Translations under genes and position numbers: made by a program
Shown here: one piece after another, positions 9,647-19,508 of the stretch
How the letters are laid out: every line of letters begins with the position of its first letter
How positions within the stretch are numbered: position 1 is the first letter of the stretch
Notes under the pieces: model-generated
The model's input: only the letters and a program-made list of their open reading frames with translations
The model's database searches: none
What the model was told of the DNA's origin: nothing
Source: a bacterium
Lineage (GTDB): Bacteria; Zhuqueibacterota; Zhuqueibacteria; Zhuqueibacterales; Zhuqueibacteraceae
Reading direction: 5' to 3'
Length of the DNA: 64,000 bases
NCBI GenBank assembly: GCA_044869275.1
Contig: JBIOXB010000086.1
Location: 46,633 to 110,632 of the forward strand

Positions 9647-11482
9647 GTGAGCACCTCCACTTCCAAAATCCGGCGCTTGCCGGAGAATCTCACTAACAAA
9701 ATCGCGGCCGGAGAAGTCGTCGATCGCCCCGCTTCCGTGGCGAAAGAATTGCTGGAAAATGCGATTGACGCCGGCGCGACGGAAATTGCCGTGATTGCCA
9801 AAGACGGCGGTCGCGCCCTCATTCAAGTGGTGGACAACGGCAGCGGCATGAGCCGGGCCGACGCTGAACTGGCCTTCGAACGCCACGCCACCAGCAAGAT
9901 ATATACGGAAGAAGATCTGGAGGCCATAAGCACGCTCGGCTTCCGCGGCGAGGCGCTGGCCAGCATCGCCTCCGTCGCGCAAGTCTCCATGAAAACCATG
10001 GAACCGGGCGCGATGGAAGCCACGATCATTGAAATCGAAGGCGGTGAATTCAAGGATACACGCATTGGCGCGAGCACGCCGGGCACGAGCATTGCGGTCA
10101 AGAATCTTTTTTACAACACCCCGGGCCGGCGCAAGTTTTTGAAATCCGCGTCCACGGAGTATCGCCAGTTGCTCGGCGTGGTGAATCGTTTCGCCGCCGG
10201 CTATCCGGGCACGCAACTGATTTTCGTGCACAATGACGAGATTATTTTCGACATGCCGGTGGCTGCCTCGCTCGAAGAAAGGCTGGTGACGCTCTACGGC
10301 AGCCGTTTGCGCGACGCGTTGATCACGATTCACGACAAGGGTCCGGCTGCGGAAATCACCGGCGTCGTGGGCAAGCAAAGCACGATTCGCCAGCAGCGCG
10401 GCGAGCAGTTTTTGTTCTTGAATCATCGTTTCATCGCCGATCGTTCGCTTAATCACGCCATCGTCTCGGCCTACGGCGAAATCCTCGCGCACGGCGGATT
10501 TCCGTTTTATGCCGTTTTTTTGCAGATTGACCCGCAGCGCGTGGATGTGAATGTGCATCCTTCAAAGATGGAAGTGAAATTTGCCGATGATCGCTTGATC
10601 TATGCCATTTTGCGCAACACCGTACGGCAGGCGCTCACTTCAACCGCGGTGATTCCGGTCGAGTCGAGCATCGTGCGCGCCGTGCCAATCGTGGCCTGGC
10701 CTTCCGCGCCCGAGGTTCCTGCCGCCGAGCAAAATGGCATTCCGGTCGGTGCAGGGCTCGCGCCTGAAATGGTGAGGCAAATACCGCAATTCGATTTTCG
10801 TGCCAAACATCCGGGCCGGCAGCTTGGTTTTGAGCTGAAACCCACAGCGCCTGCTGAAAAATCAATCATCGATGCCGATCCCGGCACTTCCGAACCGGCC
10901 AAATACCAACCGCACAATGTTTGGCAAATTCATGATCGCTACATTCTCTCAGAAATCAAATCCGGCCTGGTCATCATCGACCAGCACGTCGCGCATGAGC
11001 GCATTTTGTATGAGCAAGCGCTGGATATTTTCAGCCAACAAGAGCCGGCCACGCAGAATTTGCTGTTTCCCGTCGTGCTCGAGCTGAGTCCGGAAGATCA
11101 CGACCTCGTGCAGGAGATTCTGCCTTTGCTGGAAAAGCTCGGATTTGCACTCAAGCCGTTTGGCCGCTTCACTTTTCTGATGGAAGGCGTGCCGGCAGGT
11201 GCGCGCTTCAGCAAGGGCACGCAAAATGAGAAGATCATTCTGCAGATTATCGACGAATACAAGCGCGGCAAGCGCGAGAATCTCGAAATCCGCGACAACG
11301 TGGCGCGTTCCTTCGCCTGCCACTCCGCCATCCGCTCCGGTGACCGGTTGTCGCTGGCCACGATGAATGCGCTGATCGATCAGCTCTTTGCCACGAAATC
11401 TCCATACTTTTGCCCGCACGGGAGGCCGGTGATTATTAATATTCCGCTGGAAGAATTGGACAAGAGATTTGGGAGAATATAG
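9647..11482 (+). CDS. mutL: DNA mismatch repair protein MutL
   Basis: IAAGEVVDRPASVAKELLENAIDA, TLGFRGEALASI, endonuclease motif DQHVAHERILYE, CPHGRP. Confidence 0.97.
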   Translation: MSTSTSKIRRLPENLTNKIAAGEVVDRPASVAKELLENAIDAGATEIAVIAKDGGRALIQVVDNGSGMSRADAELAFERHATSKIYTEEDLEAISTLGFRGEALASIASVAQVSMKTMEPGAMEATIIEIEGGEFKDTRIGASTPGTSIAVKNLFYNTPGRRKFLKSASTEYRQLLGVVNRFAAGYPGTQLIFVHNDEIIFDMPVAASLEERLVTLYGSRLRDALITIHDKGPAAEITGVVGKQSTIRQQRGEQFLFLNHRFIADRSLNHAIVSAYGEILAHGGFPFYAVFLQIDPQRVDVNVHPSKMEVKFADDRLIYAILRNTVRQALTSTAVIPVESSIVRAVPIVAWPSAPEVPAAEQNGIPVGAGLAPEMVRQIPQFDFRAKHPGRQLGFELKPTAPAEKSIIDADPGTSEPAKYQPHNVWQIHDRYILSEIKSGLVIIDQHVAHERILYEQALDIFSQQEPATQNLLFPVVLELSPEDHDLVQEILPLLEKLGFALKPFGRFTFLMEGVPAGARFSKGTQNEKIILQIIDEYKRGKRENLEIRDNVARSFACHSAIRSGDRLSLATMNALIDQLFATKSPYFCPHGRPVIINIPLEELDKRFGRI

Positions 11483-11531
11483 CCCGTAACTTGGCTGGTA
11501 TCTGAAATAACTAAGTGTTTGGTCATGAGCC

Positions 11532-12095
11532 ATGAACACGCTCGGCCTGGATGAACAACATGCCTTGTTGAAGACTGTAATTGAGCGGCTCGAGCGTTGC
11601 AACATTCCCTACATGGTGGCGGGCTCGGTTGCGGCCAATACTTATATGCCGGCGCGCACGACGAATGATATTGATATCGTCATTAAATTGGAAGAAGCCG
11701 ATATTGACAAATTGATCTCCGTTTTCGAAGATGACTTTTATGTCAATTCTCACGAAGCCATTCAAGATTCAATTCGTCGCCATTATCCCTTCAATGCCAT
11801 TTTTCTCGCGACTGCTGCGAAAGTGGATTTGATCCCGATCAAACCCGATGCGTTTGCGCAGTCCGAGTTTAAGCGCCGTCGTATTGTCGTTGTTCAAAAT
11901 GAAGAATTTTGGTATGTCACACCTGAAGATTATATTATCTCCAAGCTGAAAAGTTATGTGGTCTCCAAATCCGAGCGGCAGTTATCCGACCTCAAAAATG
12001 TTTTGGAAACACAAAAAGAAAAATTAGATTTCGCATATCTTAACCACTGGCTGGACATTTTCAATCTTCGCGAGGAATTTACAAAATTGCCATGA
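11532..12095 (+). CDS. Nucleotidyltransferase-fold protein (MenT/DUF6036-like putative toxin)
   Basis: YMVAGSVAA..Y..ARTTNDIDIVI (GS + DxD), KVDL, TPEDYIISKL; AT-rich. Confidence 0.7.
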   Translation: MNTLGLDEQHALLKTVIERLERCNIPYMVAGSVAANTYMPARTTNDIDIVIKLEEADIDKLISVFEDDFYVNSHEAIQDSIRRHYPFNAIFLATAAKVDLIPIKPDAFAQSEFKRRRIVVVQNEEFWYVTPEDYIISKLKSYVVSKSERQLSDLKNVLETQKEKLDFAYLNHWLDIFNLREEFTKLP

Positions 12096-12379
12096 TTTTC
12101 GCCGACGACACACGCCCTGAGACACGCGAAGTTCTATTGCGGCTTTGGCGCGCCAAAGCCGAAGGTGAGCGCGCGCTGCATGGGTTTCGTTTGTGGAACA
12201 GTTTCAAAAATCGCATCATCAGCGCTATCCACGAACAGAATCCCGAAATTGATCCAATTGAGCTCTTAGTAGAGACTTTCAAACGAATCTATCTTCATGA
12301 TTTCAATCCGGAAGAAATGGAGCGCATTTGTGAACGTATTCGCCAATACCATCGGAGACGGGCATTGGCTGGCAACTAA
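12092..12379 (+). CDS. Small helical protein, putative antitoxin (Rv0078B-like)
   Basis: 95 aa, DTRPE..EV.LRLWR...GER pattern; ATGA overlap with upstream NTase. Confidence 0.55.
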   Translation: MIFADDTRPETREVLLRLWRAKAEGERALHGFRLWNSFKNRIISAIHEQNPEIDPIELLVETFKRIYLHDFNPEEMERICERIRQYHRRRALAGN

Positions 12380-12387
12380 AACATGCT

Positions 12388-13320
12388 ATGGGAATCATTG
12401 ATCGCCGCACGACCGCTCTCGTTCTCACCGGTCCGACTGCCGTGGGTAAGACTGCCGTGGCTCTGGGGTTAGCCGAAAAGTTTCCCGCCGAAATCGTTTC
12501 TGCAGACTCCCGCCAGGTATATCGCTACATGAACATCGGAACAGCCAAACCTGCTTTGAGCGAGAGAGAGAAGGTTCCACATCATTTTATCGATATCTGC
12601 GACCCGGACGAAACTTACAGCGCCGGGCAATATGGCCGCGAGGCACGCGCCCGCGTGTTGGAAATTATGCAAAAAGGAAAGTTGCCGCTGATTGTGGGCG
12701 GGTCGGGCCTGTACTTGCGGGCGTTGTTGCGAGGATTTTCCGCAGCATTACCGTCGAATCGAGCATTGCAGGAACAATTGAAGCGCCGTGCGCAACAGGA
12801 AGGAAGCGCGGCCCTGTATGCAGAATTGTTGCGCCTCGATCCGGATTCGGCAAAGCATCTGCATCCGAATGACGCGCATCGCATCGTGCGCGCGCTGGAA
12901 GTTTATCATACTGGAAATGTATCGCAGCGCAAGCTGTGGAAAAGCCCGGGACCACCCGCGCCCTTTGCCTACAAAATTCTGGTTTTGAATTTGGAAAGAA
13001 AAATTCTTTACCAGCGCATCAATCACCGCGTCGAGCAAATGGTCGCTGCAGGCTTGATCGATGAGTGCCGCCGCTTGCTGGAAAGGGGTTATGCCCCCGA
13101 GCTGAATGCGCTGCAAACCGTCGGCTATCAGGAAGTGTTTCAGCTGTTGCGCGGTGAGATTTCACATGAGGAAATGATCGAGTCGATTCAACGCCACTCC
13201 CGCCAATATGCCAAGCGCCAATTAACGTGGTTTCGCAAGATGGCGGAGGGTTATTGGCTGGACGCCTTCGAATCTGAATCTGCGATGGCGCTTGCTGCCC
13301 GGCTGGCGGGCTTGAGCTGA
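12388..13320 (+). CDS. miaA: tRNA dimethylallyltransferase
   Basis: GPTAVGKT, SADSRQVYRYMNIGTAKP, VGGSGLY, YAKRQLTWFR. Confidence 0.97.
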   Translation: MGIIDRRTTALVLTGPTAVGKTAVALGLAEKFPAEIVSADSRQVYRYMNIGTAKPALSEREKVPHHFIDICDPDETYSAGQYGREARARVLEIMQKGKLPLIVGGSGLYLRALLRGFSAALPSNRALQEQLKRRAQQEGSAALYAELLRLDPDSAKHLHPNDAHRIVRALEVYHTGNVSQRKLWKSPGPPAPFAYKILVLNLERKILYQRINHRVEQMVAAGLIDECRRLLERGYAPELNALQTVGYQEVFQLLRGEISHEEMIESIQRHSRQYAKRQLTWFRKMAEGYWLDAFESESAMALAARLAGLS

Positions 13321-13440
13321 AGGTGTGTAATTGCAAAAGCTCACACGGGATAACCAGCATGGTGGCGCTGTCCAGCCCCACCAGCCTGGCCACACAAGAG
13401 TGCGATTGTGCACACGCCCTGCGCCGGGGCGCGCTCGTGG

Positions 13441-14799
13441 TCAATTCGTTCCGGCTGCTTTGCTACCGCTTGCAGGATGCTGCAGGCGCCGGTATTTTTC
13501 AGAATATTTTTCATACAGTGCTTTGTGCTTGCTGCCGAGATCGATTTCCCGGCCCTGGATGAATTCACGCTCGATCTGCGTGGTGATTTCGAGCGGATCG
13601 CCGGTGGTGACGATCAAAGTTGCATCCTTGCCTTCCTGCAGCGAGCCGAGACGGTCGGACACCCCCAGAATTTCCGCCGCGTTCAAGGTGATGGCTTTGA
13701 GCGCTTCCTCGCGCGGCAGGCCATAGGCCGCTGCCGTTGCCGCTTCATAGGGCAAATTGCGCACATTCGAGTTTTCAAAATTGGCAATACAAAACTTCAC
13801 ACCTGCTTCGTATAATTTTTTCGGTGCGGCAAACTGCGTGTCGTAAGCTTCCCAAACCCTCCCGGGCAAGTCGTGAATCGGGCCGTAAATAACCGGGACA
13901 TTTTTTTCCTGCAGTAAGGATGCCACCCGCCACGCGTCTTTTCCGCCGACGATGGCCACACGAATATTTTCATCTTCCGCCCACTGCAGCGCTGCCCGAA
14001 TCTGCTTGGCATCGTTCGCGGTGACGAACACCGGTATTTTTCTCTCCAAAACCGGAAGCATCGCCTCCCAACGCGAATCGGATTCGTGATGAACGTTCCC
14101 CATCTTGGCTTCCGCGTTTTTCGCAATCATGTAAGCACGCGCGGCTGCAAAAGCCTCCTTGATGATTCGCAAATTTTCTTGAATTTGTTTGCGTTGCTCT
14201 TCCTCGCTTGAGGTGACTCGCCTGGTGCGCCGCACGCTCATCGTTGGCCAGTCCACGTGCATCGCCACGGGCGCCTTGAGCGTCATCTGCTCCCAGGTCC
14301 AGCCGTCGAGCATGAGCAAAGCCGAGGTTCCTGAAATCAAGCCGCCTTGTGGAACACTGAGCGCCAGGGCCACGCCATTGGCGCGCGTCACGGGAATCAT
14401 TTCGCCATCTGGATTCACAGCGACTTCCGCGCGCACGCTGGGATTGATCTGGCCGGTTTCGCTGAAGTCCATGGTCGCGCGCACCGCGCCGATTTCGATC
14501 AAACCCAGCGTGGTATGGGCGGCGATCATTGCCGGATAAACGTGTTTGCCCGTAACTTCGATCTTCTTGGCGTTCGCCGGCACTGTCACATTCTCGCCGA
14601 GTGCGGTGATTTTACCGTTCTCGAATACGATCGTGGCGTTGGACATGGGGGCGGCGCTCACCGGATGCACGGTCGCGCCCACGAGCGCAATCGGCTGGGC
14701 TTGTGCCGGCGCGGGAATCTGGCCATAGTTTTGGGCAAATATGTCATCGATACCGAGAACGAGCAGCACGAGAGCAAGGGCGGATTGCATGCGATTCAT
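13441..14799 (-). CDS. Secreted amidohydrolase-family protein with degenerate metal site
   Basis: Signal peptide; VYPAMIAAHTTLG (HxH degenerate), ITLNAAEILG..LGSL.EGKDA. Confidence 0.82.
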   Translation of the reverse strand: MNRMQSALALVLLVLGIDDIFAQNYGQIPAPAQAQPIALVGATVHPVSAAPMSNATIVFENGKITALGENVTVPANAKKIEVTGKHVYPAMIAAHTTLGLIEIGAVRATMDFSETGQINPSVRAEVAVNPDGEMIPVTRANGVALALSVPQGGLISGTSALLMLDGWTWEQMTLKAPVAMHVDWPTMSVRRTRRVTSSEEEQRKQIQENLRIIKEAFAAARAYMIAKNAEAKMGNVHHESDSRWEAMLPVLERKIPVFVTANDAKQIRAALQWAEDENIRVAIVGGKDAWRVASLLQEKNVPVIYGPIHDLPGRVWEAYDTQFAAPKKLYEAGVKFCIANFENSNVRNLPYEAATAAAYGLPREEALKAITLNAAEILGVSDRLGSLQEGKDATLIVTTGDPLEITTQIEREFIQGREIDLGSKHKALYEKYSEKYRRLQHPASGSKAAGTN

Positions 14800-14903
14800 T
14801 TTATTTGCCTCTTGGGGTTTGTAAAAAAGATTCTTTCTGAAACCATGACGCGAGGTGGAGGCACAAAGGCGCTTGGCAATTGTGTAATCGTAAACTCACC
14901 TCT

Positions 14904-17900
14904 TCACCGCCACGGCTGCTCGCATTGATCTTGCCGATCGCAAGACAGAAATCTACCGGAGCGAAGTTCAAAATCTTGCACGCCGGTGGTGCTGGCGCTT
15001 TCGCCGCCGCCGCTGGAACCTTCTCTCGCAGCCAGCACTTTTTGAATCAATGCGGCGCGTTCTTTATCCACCTCGGCACGCATTTTCAAATCCTCTTCGT
15101 AATCGAAGTACTGGCGGCCCTCGATCCACGTTTGTTCGCACCTGCTGTAGGTCGAAAGAGGGGAGCCGTTCCAGAGCACGAAGTCGGCATGCTTGCCCGG
15201 CTCCAGCGAACCGACGTAGCGATCAACTTTGAGCTGCTTGGCCGGGTTCAAGGTAACGAACTTGAGCGCTTCTTCTTCGGAAACGTTGCCGTACTTCACG
15301 GCTTTGGTGGCCTCCCAATTCAATCTGCGCGCCAGCTCGCCGCTGTCGGAATTGAAGGAAACCACCACACCCTGTTCGTGCATGAGCGCACCGTTGTGCG
15401 GAATGGCGTCATAGACCTCGAATTTGTATGCCCACCAATCGCTGAAGGAGGAGGCGCCGGCGCCGTGCGTGCTAATGGCCTCCGCGACTTTGTAGCCCTC
15501 GAGCACGTGCTGAAACGTGCCCATTTTGAAGCCGAATTCTTCCGCGAGGCGAATCATCATGAGAATTTCATCCTGGCGGTAGGAATGGCAATGAATGAAT
15601 CTCTTTCCCTGCAGAACTTCCACCAGGGCCTCCAATTCCAGATCGCGGCGCGGCGGGATGGTCATGCCGTCTTTTTTCTTGGTATTGAAGGCCTGCCATT
15701 CAAGCTCATAATCTCGCGCGGCTTTGAAGCGGTCGCGAATGAGCTGCTCGACGCCCATGCGTGTTTGTGGATAACGGCCGGTCGGCGGGTTCCAATTGCT
15801 TTGCTTCACGTTCTCGCCCAGCGCGAACTTGATCGTCGGCGGCGCCTCCGTGAATTTAATGCCCTCATTGTCCGCCCCCCAGCGCAACTTGATAGCTTGA
15901 TTCTGGCCGCCGATGGGATTGGCCGAGCCATGCATGACGTGCGCCAGCGTCAGCCCGCCAGCGAGCTGGCGATAAATGCCGATGTCCTGGCTATTCACCA
16001 CGTCGCTAATGCGAACCTCGGCCGTTACCGCCTGCGCGCTTTCATTGATGGCATCCGCAGCGGAATGTGAATGCGCATCGATCAATCCCGGGGTCAGGTG
16101 TTTGCCTTTCGCCTCAAGTATGACGGCATTCGCCGGCGCCGTGAGCTGGGTTCCGATCTGCGCGATCGTGCCGCCGCGTACCAGCATATCGGCATTTTCG
16201 AGCTTGCCCTGCTGGCCGCAGGTCCAAATCGTTGCGCCGCGCACGAGCAAGGCTTCGTGCTGAGCCGGCGGTGCGGAACGGCCAAAGCCGCCGTAGGGAA
16301 AGACTTTTTTTAATTCTGCTTTTGTTGTTGCTTCTTGCTTTTTGCCGTTTTCTTTTTCCGTGAACGGCTGGAGGCGTTTTGCTTGCCACTCGAAACTCAC
16401 ACCGTCAGGAAATACGCCGCTGCCTTTCATTTCGTCTTTGGCAAAGTCCCCGGCCATGCTCATCACGCCTTTGTAGCCCAAGGTATCGCCTTGGAGCAGC
16501 ATGGTCACGCGTTTCTCGTCGAGCTGAAATTTGTCGAGCTTGGCTTTGATCTCATTTTTCAAAAGTTCGCCGCTCGGTTTTTCAGGAGTGCCTTTCAGAG
16601 CGAGCGTATAGTTTTCGCTTTGGCCGCCGCCTTTTTTTATTTGAAAGTCCCATGTGCCGCGCAAGTCGGCAGCGACCGGCTTCTTGATTTCGTAGCGATG
16701 GCCGTCCACCCATACCTCGAATATCGCAGTCTTCTCCGCAAACAGATCTCCCTCTGTAACCACAAGATTCGCAATTTTCCCGGGCGCAATGGAACCGAGG
16801 CGATTTTCCACGCCGAAGAGCCTGGCGGGAACAACCGTCAGTGCGCCCAGGGCGGCATCGGCGGATAGGCCGTGGGCCATGGCCTTGCGCACACGGGCGG
16901 GGAAATCCGAGGTTTTTTTCAGTTTCGCCGTCGTCAATGCAAATGCCACGCCGGCTTGGTGCAGCCAAAACGGATTGGCAGGCGCCATGGACCAGTGCTG
17001 CAAATCATCGAGACTGGCATCCAGGGCCTCCTCGGGCGTATCCACTTGCGGGGGCGCGGGAAAATCGAGCGGCAGAATTACCGGCACTTGCGCGCGCTTG
17101 ATCGCGTCGATTTGCCGATATTCATCACCGCTGCCGCGCACGATAAGAGGCAAAGAGAATTCGCGGGCAATAGCCACCGCCCGCAGGAAGTTGTTCGTCT
17201 CCGCGGCCTCGAAGATCACGGGCATGCGCGTGCTCGACATTTCGCTCAAGGCCGCCAGCGCGGGATTTTCTTCTGGACGGGCTTGGTTGGGATTTTTGCG
17301 ATAAGCGGCTTGCGCTTCCTGATACCATTGCGCATCCAGCAAGCTTTGCCGCGTCAACGCGATGGCGCCCAACAGAGAGGTGGGATACTTCCGTTCGGCA
17401 AAAGAGGAGGTTTCAAAGGCGAGATGCTGCGCCACGCGCGGCTGCAAGAGGCCTTGATTCGGCGCCTCTTCGTGCAAGCTGATCAGCGCGCTGGTGCCGC
17501 GCCAAATGCCTTTCGGTGGAACGATCAAGGCCGCGCCAAAGCCCAGCTCGCGCAGCTCCTGCGCCGCTTTGGCGTCGAAAAGAAACCTGTCTTTGGCGTT
17601 CTCGTGCGCCCGCAGCTGCTCATTCCAAGGCTGCACCCCGGTGCGTTTTTCCGTTTTCGCCGTCTCACCGGAAGAGGAGCCGGACTCAGTGGAAAAACCC
17701 AGATGCGAGTATGATTCAATCAAACCGGGATAAATGGTGCGGCCGGTGCAGTCCCAAACGCGCGCGTCTGCCGGCGGCGTGACGTTTGCACCCACCGCGG
17801 CGATCACCCCGTCGCGCAGCACCACGGTTCCGCGGGCGATAACGTTGCCCGGTGCCGTGAAGATTCTGGCGTTGATCAAGGCATGCACTTGGGGCGTGTT

Positions 17901-18080
17901 GTCGCGCAGGCCTTCAACGGGCTTCGTCTGCGCAAAGCCGGACAATCTGAAAGTGGTGGAGAGAAAAATGATCAGCTTGAGGATAAGAGAATAAAAAGGC
18001 AAGGAGAGAGAGGCGTTCTGAGGCACGCCATGGTGCAGGCGGGAATGCCATGCAAAATCGCGTATCATCGCGTTGGGCAT
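14904..18080 (-). CDS. Secreted tandem (two-domain) amidohydrolase
   Basis: Two amidohydrolase domains: IYPGLIESYSH and LTPGLIDAHSH, HCHSYRQDE, FQHVLEGY, NSDS; GGAGG RBS before ATG 18080. Confidence 0.85.
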   Translation of the reverse strand: MPNAMIRDFAWHSRLHHGVPQNASLSLPFYSLILKLIIFLSTTFRLSGFAQTKPVEGLRDNTPQVHALINARIFTAPGNVIARGTVVLRDGVIAAVGANVTPPADARVWDCTGRTIYPGLIESYSHLGFSTESGSSSGETAKTEKRTGVQPWNEQLRAHENAKDRFLFDAKAAQELRELGFGAALIVPPKGIWRGTSALISLHEEAPNQGLLQPRVAQHLAFETSSFAERKYPTSLLGAIALTRQSLLDAQWYQEAQAAYRKNPNQARPEENPALAALSEMSSTRMPVIFEAAETNNFLRAVAIAREFSLPLIVRGSGDEYRQIDAIKRAQVPVILPLDFPAPPQVDTPEEALDASLDDLQHWSMAPANPFWLHQAGVAFALTTAKLKKTSDFPARVRKAMAHGLSADAALGALTVVPARLFGVENRLGSIAPGKIANLVVTEGDLFAEKTAIFEVWVDGHRYEIKKPVAADLRGTWDFQIKKGGGQSENYTLALKGTPEKPSGELLKNEIKAKLDKFQLDEKRVTMLLQGDTLGYKGVMSMAGDFAKDEMKGSGVFPDGVSFEWQAKRLQPFTEKENGKKQEATTKAELKKVFPYGGFGRSAPPAQHEALLVRGATIWTCGQQGKLENADMLVRGGTIAQIGTQLTAPANAVILEAKGKHLTPGLIDAHSHSAADAINESAQAVTAEVRISDVVNSQDIGIYRQLAGGLTLAHVMHGSANPIGGQNQAIKLRWGADNEGIKFTEAPPTIKFALGENVKQSNWNPPTGRYPQTRMGVEQLIRDRFKAARDYELEWQAFNTKKKDGMTIPPRRDLELEALVEVLQGKRFIHCHSYRQDEILMMIRLAEEFGFKMGTFQHVLEGYKVAEAISTHGAGASSFSDWWAYKFEVYDAIPHNGALMHEQGVVVSFNSDSGELARRLNWEATKAVKYGNVSEEEALKFVTLNPAKQLKVDRYVGSLEPGKHADFVLWNGSPLSTYSRCEQTWIEGRQYFDYEEDLKMRAEVDKERAALIQKVLAAREGSSGGGESASTTGVQDFELRSGRFLSCDRQDQCEQPWR

Positions 18081-18284
18081 AAATTCTCCTCCGCAGCGCA
18101 AGTGAGCAGCAGCCTCGATTTTCACCAAAACTAAAATGATGGTAGCACGGCCTGGCATTAAATTCAAGCGAAATTCTACCGCCGTAGAAAATCATTGCAT
18201 GTTAGCGGCAGGAGAATTTACTTTAGCGTTGAGAACACCAAATCAAGCCCGATCCAGGGTTCAACTTTCAGCATAGGAGTCGAG

Positions 18285-19307
18285 ATGAAGTGGGTTGCCG
18301 TTTTTGCTTTTACGCTCAGCTGCTGGTGCACGGAGCTTCATGAAGCCGCGGCGCAAACGCGGCCCCTGCAAAAGATGCAGCAAAAAAGAAAGGAAAATCG
18401 CTCCGATCGCCTGGTGGAGGAGGGATTGGCGTTGCAGCAACAGGGCCAGCCCACGGCGGCCGGAAAAAAATTCGAAGAAGCGCTGGAGCTGAATCCGAAA
18501 AATGCGCGCGCGCACGCCAATCTGGCGTTGCTCTGCTGGCAAGATAATCGCCTCGCGCCCGCACGGAATCATGCGGAAACGGCTCTGAAAATCCAGCCGG
18601 AGAACCCGCGTGCCCATCTCGTCATGGCGAACCTGCTGATGAAGAGCGGCAAAGATCTCGCGGCTTCCGATCATTTGCGCAAGACCGCGCGCCTCGGCAA
18701 CAGCGCGGATCAAGCGGAGGCCACGCGCCTGTTGACCGGCTTGCGCGCCAAACACGCGGATTTTTTCAACAAGCCTGCTGCGCGGCCGGCGGACGGCAAA
18801 TCCGCAACCTCCTCCTCCAGCACCAATGCCACCCCACCGGCAACGGGCGAAAAACCGGTACTCGCGGTTTTTGCTTTTTCCGATGCACAATTGGATTCTA
18901 CCGAACAGCAATTGGGCGATGCGCTCTCCGAGATGCTCGCCACGAGCCTGATCAATCGCAACACTTATCATGTCATCGAGCGCAGCCAGTTGGATCGTCT
19001 CATGCAGGAGCAAGCGCTGGGGCAGACCGGCGCACTCGAAGCTGAAACCGTTGTGGTCGTGGGAGAACTTTTGGGCGCACAGGCCGTTGTCGTCGGCAGT
19101 TTGAGCCGGCCCGCAACTGCATTTGAAGCGGATGCGCGCATTTTGAATGTGAGCACCGGCGAGGCTCTTGCGGCCAGTCACGCCAAGGCCGGCTCCTCGG
19201 CGCAATTGCGCGACATGGCTGAAACGCTGGCGCTCGAGTTGTCCGCCAAGGCTGGCATGATTCAACCCGTCGCAAAGAAAGATTCGAGCGCCGTGGCCAA
19301 GCCGTAA
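18285..19307 (+). CDS. Secreted TPR protein with CsgG/FlgO-like C-terminal domain
   Basis: Signal peptide; TPRs (ALELNPKNARAHANLA); LAVFAF..VIERSQLDRLMQEQAL..GELLGA.AVVVGS..ARILNVSTG. Confidence 0.75.
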   Translation: MKWVAVFAFTLSCWCTELHEAAAQTRPLQKMQQKRKENRSDRLVEEGLALQQQGQPTAAGKKFEEALELNPKNARAHANLALLCWQDNRLAPARNHAETALKIQPENPRAHLVMANLLMKSGKDLAASDHLRKTARLGNSADQAEATRLLTGLRAKHADFFNKPAARPADGKSATSSSSTNATPPATGEKPVLAVFAFSDAQLDSTEQQLGDALSEMLATSLINRNTYHVIERSQLDRLMQEQALGQTGALEAETVVVVGELLGAQAVVVGSLSRPATAFEADARILNVSTGEALAASHAKAGSSAQLRDMAETLALELSAKAGMIQPVAKKDSSAVAKP

Positions 19308-19508
19308 ATCTCGTGCATCCCTCCGGCCACACCGTGTCTAATTTTCACCTTGACCCTCTGGATGAAGGCACCCTCCGGCAGCGGAATGGCTCTTGAAAAT
19401 CAAGGTACGGTTGGGGTGGTTTTGCGCCGAGCTTTTGGCATGCAACTTGAAGTCATGCTGGATGGTTCTCATTCACATCACTCAGAACTTTTCAGGAGGA
19501 TACGCAGC

